From contig JALRKY010000027.1 in assembly GCA_023260985.1 (NCBI GenBank), positions 15,887 through 79,886 on the forward strand: DNA of 64,000 nt, given 5' to 3'. A model generated the notes under the pieces. It had not been told where the DNA came from. It saw nothing but the letters and a program-made list of their open reading frames with translations, and did not search any database. This DNA is from Altererythrobacter sp. (GTDB lineage Bacteria > Pseudomonadota > Alphaproteobacteria > Sphingomonadales > Sphingomonadaceae). Below, in pieces: positions 57,843 through 64,000 of this stretch. A program made the translations under genes and the position numbers. Each line of letters opens with the position of its first letter. Position 1 is the first letter of the stretch.

Positions 57843-60800
57843 TTAGAAGTCGAAACGGGCCATGAAGCTAAAGCGCCGGTCGTTCCGAAACGCAGAGCGC
57901 GTGATCCGATCTCCATCGAAGTTCACCACCTGCGAAGTACGAGTGACTTCGTCCAAAAGGTTCACCGCCTGCACGCCAACCTTAATTTGATCAGTAACGG
58001 CATAAAATACCGACGCGTCAAGCTGCCCGGTCGACTCCTGCCAAATCGGGGAATAGGGCCAAATATCGTCACGTGCCGTAATTAGGAAGTCATCCCTCCA
58101 ATTATAGGCGGCGCGCATCGCAAGTGGGCCTTTTTCATAAAAGATCGTCGCGTTAATCGTATGCTCCGAAATCCCAGCGAGAGGCTGAAGGGCAGAGAAA
58201 ATGCCATTCCGGTCATTGATGTCAGAGTTTCCAAACGCACCGCCATCCACGTAGGTATACGTGAACTGCGTTCCCAACCCACTTAGCAGCCCGGGAAGGA
58301 AATCGTATGTCTGCTGGTAAGTAAGCTCAAATCCCTTCAGCGTGCCGCCGGTGTTGTCATCAGGGCCGTTAACTTCAACCGGTGTAGCGACGCCACTCGG
58401 GCTGGTATACTCGACGAGGTCCACACCGCTGTTAACGATCCCGGATATATCTTTAACGAACAGGTTCCCGGTAAGTGAGCCAACATCCGCAAAATACCAT
58501 TCCAAAGATAGGTCGTAATTCCACGACTCAATCGGACGAAGATTGCGGTTACCAGTGAAGAGCTGGAACAACGGCCCGGTTTCAAGATTGCCCCCTGCCA
58601 GAAGGTCGGCGGTATTATCACCTATCGTCCCGCCAGCGCGATAAAGTGTCAGGTCAGGCCGCGAAATACCCTTCGAGACTGCGGCGCGGAGAAGCAGCCC
58701 GTCGCCGAAGTCAAATTTAACATTAAAGCTAGGCAAGAAGTGGCTGTAATTAATGTCTCTGTTATCTACGAGAATTTCGCCAGTGTGCGCGGCGACAAAT
58801 TCCTGCTGGCGCGCCTCGGAGAGATCGCAATATCCGCGTACTGCACCAGGCTGGCCCGGCCCGACGCATGCGGCCTGCAATTCCGCGAGAGTGAGTACGC
58901 CGTCTTGGTTGCCTTGAGGGCCCTGATCAATGAAATCTGGGCTTGGAAATGCAAGAATTCCCTCCGTTTTAACAGTCGTATGGATGTAGCGAAGGCCAAA
59001 GTTGCCCTCCATCACTACACCGCCAGGGAAGTCGGTGCCGAAGTCCACGCGTCCGTAGAGGGCCTTGGTCTCTTCGCCCACGGCATTGATTTCTGCGGGG
59101 CAGAATGGGGCGCATGCCACAGGGTCAGTTTGGCCAAGAACTTGTGCCTGCCTTCCATTCACGCCGAAGAATGGGTTCGGGGTCTGGGAGAAGGCATTAA
59201 TTTCAGAGGCAGCTTGCTTGGAGAGACCCGAAAGGTACTCCCCGAGGAGGTCATCGCTTCCGCCAAAGAAGTAAGCCGCGCCATCAGGTATTGGTTGGCC
59301 GACATTTCCACGCATGAAGCCGTTACCGAATGGATCACGTTGACGCGAATATTGCGGGAATTCGTCGGTAAAGGCGCCGCCGCCGGTCGCGAAGAATTGA
59401 TCTGGCAGGCCTGTATATAATCGGCCTGGTGTAAACCCAGCCCAATCTGGAACAAATGGGCCTCCGCCCGTATAGCAGCCTGGCTGTCCGCCCCAAGGGG
59501 CGCAGCCCGCGCGACCAGCCCAAGGCGCCGACAAGTTGCCCCAAGTGCTAAACGCAGTATCGCGGGTCGTTCGGTCGCGGTCCGACCAGCGCGCACCGAA
59601 GCGTGCCTTTTTAAAGAAAGCGTCGTCGCTAATATCGTATTCCACGTCGAAGCGGGCGCTATCAAGCTCGCCATCGTTCTGCTCGACGCTATCGAGCAAG
59701 AACCAATAGTAGGTGTTGAGATCGTAATAATTAGCCGGAGCCGTCTCGCCAGAACGCGTTCCGGTTGCGCTGCCGCCAGGCGTCAAAAACTGAACACTTG
59801 GAACCTTGCCCGATAGGTCCAGGGCCAAGTCAGACCAAGTGTTCATGGCGCCGATTACAGCGTCAAGACGCTTGTCCGATTTGATGTTCTGGAATTCAAA
59901 ATTGAAGCGGAGACGATCGGTCGCCGCAAAATCGATATCGACCGAAAAGTCCTCGGTATCAGCTTCTGTGCGTCGCTGGAAATTGAGGGTCTCCTGACGC
60001 AGGCCACCGTATAGGCTGCCGTATCCGCCAAAGTTACTGAGCGTGAGGACGCCACTTTCGAATACGCCGTTCTCATCGAAGGTCCAGGTCGACCCTGCAG
60101 CTGGCTCCGGGGTCTCGCCGTCGTTGTTAACTTGGGCAAGCAGGGCGTACTCATCGGTAAAAAACTCCGTATCAGCACGGAGATATTCTGCCGTAATCAG
60201 CAGGCGCTCGTCGCTGCTTTCAAACTGCGCAACGGCCGAGAATGCCTGACGCTCGCGATCAAGCGTAGTCGTGCGGACGCCGGCGCCTTTAGGAATGAGG
60301 AGCGCACCTTCGGGAGGGAAATTACTGGCATTGAAGTTTGGCTCACCGTCAAACCCGCCGTCAACAACTGTTAACGCGCGGAGACACGCATCACCGCCAG
60401 TGGTGCCAAGGCGATAGCAGGGGTCCGTCACCTGCGCCGCATCGGTGCGACTTTTCAATTCCGAATATGCATAACCAAGCTGCAGACCGAACCGGCCGGC
60501 GCCCGTCTCCCATGTATTGGAGACAAGGCCCGAAAACTCAGGGGTCCATTTCTCCCTGAGATCGCCATAGGTGGCGCCAATTGTACCGGCTACCTTCAGG
60601 CCGTTGGTATCAAGAGGCTTGCGGGTCACCAGGTTCACTGTTCCGGCGACGCCCCCATCGATCATATCCGAGGTAACGTTTTTGAAAACTTCGACGCGGC
60701 CCAAAAGCTCTGGAGAGACATCGTTGAAGCTCAATTCGCGCCCGCCCGTAGCGGAAAAAATATCCCTGCCATTGAGCTCAGAGCGCACAAATGGAAGTCC

Positions 60801-61178
60801 GCGAACGATGACGCCCGTCCCCTCAACTGAGAACCGGTCCGGATCAGAAGGCTTCTCGAAGCGCCCGATATTAACACCGGGAACGCGCTGCAATGCCTCC
60901 GCAACAGATCGGTCCGGCAGTGCGCCGATATCCTCTGCCGTGATGGCATCGACGAACGTATCCGCATCACGCTTGATATTTTGAGCGCTTTCGAGGGAGG
61001 CCCGGAAGCCTGATACGACAATTACATTGTCGCCCTCCGAGACCTCTTCCCCAACGGCCTCAGCTTCTTGAGCACGCACTGGCGAGACTATCATCGCCGA
61101 AAGGGCAATGCTTGATGCGGTGGTGAGTGCGAGAAGGCGTGGCGACAATGCGGCCTTCGCTTGCGTTTGCTTAGACAA
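57843..61178 (-). CDS. TonB-dependent outer-membrane receptor (polysaccharide/oligosaccharide type, 1111 aa)
   Basis: Signal peptide, plug DTFVDAITAEDIGALPDRSVAEALQRVPGVNI, C-terminal beta-barrel ending ...FSFMARFDF. TTG start 7 nt after GGGGGAG. Confidence 0.92.
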   Translation of the reverse strand: MSKQTQAKAALSPRLLALTTASSIALSAMIVSPVRAQEAEAVGEEVSEGDNVIVVSGFRASLESAQNIKRDADTFVDAITAEDIGALPDRSVAEALQRVPGVNIGRFEKPSDPDRFSVEGTGVIVRGLPFVRSELNGRDIFSATGGRELSFNDVSPELLGRVEVFKNVTSDMIDGGVAGTVNLVTRKPLDTNGLKVAGTIGATYGDLREKWTPEFSGLVSNTWETGAGRFGLQLGYAYSELKSRTDAAQVTDPCYRLGTTGGDACLRALTVVDGGFDGEPNFNASNFPPEGALLIPKGAGVRTTTLDRERQAFSAVAQFESSDERLLITAEYLRADTEFFTDEYALLAQVNNDGETPEPAAGSTWTFDENGVFESGVLTLSNFGGYGSLYGGLRQETLNFQRRTEADTEDFSVDIDFAATDRLRFNFEFQNIKSDKRLDAVIGAMNTWSDLALDLSGKVPSVQFLTPGGSATGTRSGETAPANYYDLNTYYWFLLDSVEQNDGELDSARFDVEYDISDDAFFKKARFGARWSDRDRTTRDTAFSTWGNLSAPWAGRAGCAPWGGQPGCYTGGGPFVPDWAGFTPGRLYTGLPDQFFATGGGAFTDEFPQYSRQRDPFGNGFMRGNVGQPIPDGAAYFFGGSDDLLGEYLSGLSKQAASEINAFSQTPNPFFGVNGRQAQVLGQTDPVACAPFCPAEINAVGEETKALYGRVDFGTDFPGGVVMEGNFGLRYIHTTVKTEGILAFPSPDFIDQGPQGNQDGVLTLAELQAACVGPGQPGAVRGYCDLSEARQQEFVAAHTGEILVDNRDINYSHFLPSFNVKFDFGDGLLLRAAVSKGISRPDLTLYRAGGTIGDNTADLLAGGNLETGPLFQLFTGNRNLRPIESWNYDLSLEWYFADVGSLTGNLFVKDISGIVNSGVDLVEYTSPSGVATPVEVNGPDDNTGGTLKGFELTYQQTYDFLPGLLSGLGTQFTYTYVDGGAFGNSDINDRNGIFSALQPLAGISEHTINATIFYEKGPLAMRAAYNWRDDFLITARDDIWPYSPIWQESTGQLDASVFYAVTDQIKVGVQAVNLLDEVTRTSQVVNFDGDRITRSAFRNDRRFSFMARFDF

Positions 61179-61241
61179 GATTAAACTCCCCCAGAATGCG
61201 CGCGGAATTTTCCATTAGACTCCCTTTCTCTTAGCCGCTTA

Positions 61242-61275
61242 TGTTAGCGTTCACAATACTAAAAATGAACGTTCA
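61242..61275. promoter_or_regulatory. two LacI-type operator-like sites in the divergent receptor/halogenase control region
   Basis: TGTTAGCGTTCACA (61242-61255, 10/14 palindromic) and TGAACGTTCA (61266-61275, perfect). Same AACGTTC(A/T)CA half-site as 54437-54450. Confidence 0.5.
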
Positions 61276-61365
61276 CAAATTACTCGTGGATTGCTTGCCG
61301 GCCATGGCCTTATTGCAGCGATCGCGGTATGAATGACGAGATCAAACAGAGGGTCCTTGCAAGAA

Positions 61366-62886
61366 ATGAACTACGGCAGCGCCATCAAGCACATCGTGAT
61401 CGTCGGGGGGGGGACTGCTGGCTGGATGGCGGCGGCGGTCTTATCGAGGCTCAAAAAGGGTGGGCCCCTCGACATAACTCTAATTGAATCGGAACAGATC
61501 GGCACAGTTGGTGTAGGCGAAGCGACTATCCCGCCATTCGTCGAATTCAATCGACTGCTGGAAATCGATGAGCGCGAGTTGCTTTCCGAGGCACAGGGGA
61601 GCTTCAAGCTCGGCATCCAATTCCAGAATTGGGCACGCTTGGGAGACAGTTATATTCACCCGTTTGGCGCGTATGGCTATCATATGGGCGGGATTTCATT
61701 TCACCAAGTTTGGCGCCGGATGCAGCAAGCCGGCGATAAAAGGCCGATACAGGCCTTTAACCTTGAGACTATGGCGGCTTATTTTGGCAAGTTCGCACGA
61801 ACTGAGGACTATGCCCAAGAGGATCTACCTCCCGTTAATTATGCCTACCATTTAGATGCGGGGCGCTATGCAGCATTCCTGCGGAAATATGCGGAGGCCC
61901 GTGGCGTAACCCGGCGAGAGGGCCTGATTAGGGATGTTTCGCTTGCCGATGAAACCGGATTTGTGAATTCAGTACAGCTGCAGAGCGGGCAGGAAATCGC
62001 CGGGGATCTGTTTGTGGATTGCTCTGGGTTTCGGGGTCTGCTTATAGAGCAGGCGCTCGAGACAGGGTATGAAGATTGGACCCATTGGCTGCCATGCAAT
62101 CGTGCAGTAGCATTGCCGTGTAATCGTGATGACGGCAGCCCACCCGCACCCTTTACCCGTGCGACAGCACATTCGGCTGGCTGGCAATGGCAAGTGCCCC
62201 TTCAACATCGCAATGGCAATGGGCATGTATTTTGCGATGCTTACATGTCGGCCGATGAGGCCCATGCAATCCTAGTCAGCAATATTGCAGGAAAGCCGAC
62301 CGCAGAACCAAACCATCTGCGGTTCGTGACAGGCCATCGCAAGAAATTCTGGAACAAAAATGTGGTGGCGCTCGGTTTGTCGGCGGGCTTCATGGAGCCG
62401 CTCGAATCAACTTCGATCCATTTGGTTAATACCGGCGTGAATAAGCTTCTAGCGTTGCTAACGTTAGAAGGGATCAGTCCAACTCAGGTCGAGGCTTTCA
62501 ACCGTCTTACAATTAAAGAATATGCTAGAATTCGTGATTTCCTGATCTTGCACTACAATGCCACAGAGCGAACAGATTCGGAGTTTTGGAATTATTGTCG
62601 CACAATGAGTGTGCCAGAAACGCTGACCGAGAAGGTAGAGCTTTTTAAGGCTAACGGACAGATCTTTCGCGAAGAGGATGAGCTGTTTACGGAAACTAGC
62701 TGGGCGGCGGTAATGATGGGTCAAAGGATCGCCATGGGAGGGCATAACCCCATTGCAGATACCTTCGATGTCCCCCGTACTCGGAGCGAACTTGACGAGA
62801 TGGAAAAATCGATCCGGTTTGTTGTCAACCATATGCCCGGGCACGGCGATTATTTGAACCGATATTGCCCAGCACCATCAATTTGA
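61366..62886 (+). CDS. flavin-dependent tryptophan-halogenase-family protein
   Basis: Start ATG 61366. IVGGGTAGWMAA (GxGxxG), GVGEATIP, FKLGIQF, GWQWQVPL (WxWxIP-like), FMEPLESTSIHL. Confidence 0.88.
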   Translation: MNYGSAIKHIVIVGGGTAGWMAAAVLSRLKKGGPLDITLIESEQIGTVGVGEATIPPFVEFNRLLEIDERELLSEAQGSFKLGIQFQNWARLGDSYIHPFGAYGYHMGGISFHQVWRRMQQAGDKRPIQAFNLETMAAYFGKFARTEDYAQEDLPPVNYAYHLDAGRYAAFLRKYAEARGVTRREGLIRDVSLADETGFVNSVQLQSGQEIAGDLFVDCSGFRGLLIEQALETGYEDWTHWLPCNRAVALPCNRDDGSPPAPFTRATAHSAGWQWQVPLQHRNGNGHVFCDAYMSADEAHAILVSNIAGKPTAEPNHLRFVTGHRKKFWNKNVVALGLSAGFMEPLESTSIHLVNTGVNKLLALLTLEGISPTQVEAFNRLTIKEYARIRDFLILHYNATERTDSEFWNYCRTMSVPETLTEKVELFKANGQIFREEDELFTETSWAAVMMGQRIAMGGHNPIADTFDVPRTRSELDEMEKSIRFVVNHMPGHGDYLNRYCPAPSI

Positions 62887-63183
62887 AAACTCGATATGTG
62901 CTTTTATTGACTGGTTTGCGCAAGTCCGTAGGCGCCCTGCCGTATCCAGAGTTGCTGCAGTTGCCGATCCCCGGCGCAACCAGAAGGCAAGCCCGCGATT
63001 GTGCTGAAAACCTCAAGAGGTAGGTGTCCCGATCGAAGGCAACGGGCTCTCGGGACGAGGGGCGCTTTGCATTCGGCGCGCGACTTAATCGCCTTACTAG
63101 ATCCAAGCGCTTTGCCATTGGGAGAGGATTTCAGCCGCTCCCGCTTCAGCCAACAAGGCCTTAACCACCATAGAGCGGGCAAG

Positions 63184-64000
63184 CTACTCCTCCGATTTGA
63201 GGAAGTAGACCGGGCCGATGTCGAGCGTCTGGTCGGGATTGCGGAGCTGCAAAATAAGTTGTGCCCCGCCGATCGGAATAGCTACTGGAGCCCGGGTTTT
63301 CAGTCTCACCAGCTGCCAGTTATCAGTAACGGCAATTCGACTTTGCGCAAACCTGACGGCTTCGCCGCCCCCAGTCTCGACATAAATTTCCAGCCTGGCC
63401 TTCCCATCATCAAATGCTGATTGCACTGTCTTGGCGGCAACCGCAATTACGAGAACATCGCCCTCTTCGATCCGGCCTTCGATCGGCAGTTTCGCAACAA
63501 TTTTCGGCGCGCCCTCGGGGCCATTAAGCGAAGTAAGTCGAGTGGCCCTTCCAAGCCAAATCGTTTTATCCTCGCGCACCTCGTAGCTTCCGCCGGGCGC
63601 TTCAAAATTCCAACTTCGGTTACCCGGATTATTCAGCAATGTTCCCACTCCTCTCAGAGCTTCCGGAAGCTCAAGCGGCGAGGGCAGATTGAGCGCCCCC
63701 GGTGGAGGCGGTTTAGCGCCCGAAAGAATTGACGTTGTGCCAGTAACAATAATAGCTTGGCCGATTTCCAGGATTTGGCGCGTACGCCCGAATTGAATTG
63801 CCACGATGCCGTCTTTAGGTCGCAACCCCATTTCAGCCGTTGCATTTACTTCGTACCAATCCCACTCACGGCCGATTTCGAGCGTCTCCTCGCCAAAGCC
63901 GGGATAAGGCGGTTCATTTTTTTGAAAACGGACACGTAAGATGCCTTTGCCATTATCGGTCTGAGCCTCAATGGTTCGAGCATAAAAGCCTATCGTAACA
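63184..64000 (-). CDS. secreted-type repeat protein, beta-sandwich/CBM-like (N-terminus outside window)
   Basis: I translated 63832-64000 in the frame of ORF 63184..63831 and found no stop, so the Met at 63831 is internal. It contains an internal repeat: AIQFGRTRQILEIGQAII vs LILQLRNPDQTLDIGPVYF, each preceded by a Trp-containing strand. Confidence 0.55.
   Translation of the reverse strand, partial: VTIGFYARTIEAQTDNGKGILRVRFQKNEPPYPGFGEETLEIGREWDWYEVNATAEMGLRPKDGIVAIQFGRTRQILEIGQAIIVTGTTSILSGAKPPPPGALNLPSPLELPEALRGVGTLLNNPGNRSWNFEAPGGSYEVREDKTIWLGRATRLTSLNGPEGAPKIVAKLPIEGRIEEGDVLVIAVAAKTVQSAFDDGKARLEIYVETGGGEAVRFAQSRIAVTDNWQLVRLKTRAPVAIPIGGAQLILQLRNPDQTLDIGPVYFLKSEE

Noticed and set aside
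1-64000. A search for defence systems, toxin-antitoxin pairs, prophage, IS elements, CRISPR arrays and rRNA.
   Set aside because: No nuclease/helicase/reverse-transcriptase/methylase-type ORFs, no transposase or integrase, no repeat-spacer arrays and no rRNA-like segments were recognisable. The window reads as core chromosome plus the metabolic accessory modules listed under findings.

Overview
High-GC alphaproteobacterial chromosome segment, Sphingomonadales/Erythrobacteraceae-like by gene content (inference). My spot counts of 60-nt lines give about 63-67 % GC over most of the window. It is densely coding. I call about 47 protein genes, 2 gene remnants and 1 tRNA-Leu(UAA). I see no rRNA, CRISPR array, transposase, integrase, prophage or recognisable defence genes. 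Most of it is housekeeping: galU, glnE, thrS, large NAD-glutamate dehydrogenase, queG, ihfB, dxs, purH, rpe, msrA and msrB. Several stop/start overlaps of 1-4 nt mark operons, at 5894-5897, 18010-18013, 34470-34473, 41704, 45751 and 48091. The ORF track translates GTG/TTG starts as M, so I re-picked many starts from signal peptides, Shine-Dalgarno spacing and overlaps. Most of the long ORFs in the track are GC-driven antisense artefacts. Five regions look accessory. (1) 50.6-64 kb holds a LacI-regulated beta-1,3-glucan (laminarin-type) utilisation locus: TonB-dependent receptor, GH16, GH3 and two MFS transporters, with one AACGTT-core operator present in three copies. Its distal part (57.8-64 kb: receptor, flavin-dependent tryptophan-halogenase homologue, repeat-containing beta-sandwich-like protein) is about 10 GC points lower than the rest. 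(2) A single-gene CYP153-type P450 follows a decayed ABC-2 permease remnant and a perfect 9-4-9 palindrome. A ferredoxin reductase lies 2 kb away, but there is no ferredoxin in the window. (3) A CYP108-like P450 is packed tightly against an acyl-CoA synthetase. (4) A lipid-kinase gene is translationally coupled to an unassigned, nucleotidyltransferase-like 297-aa protein. (5) Both methionine sulfoxide reductases carry export/lipoprotein signals. I did not find an unambiguous new multi-gene system; the findings are ranked hypotheses. All family assignments come from reading the translated ORFs against remembered family motifs, not from database searches.
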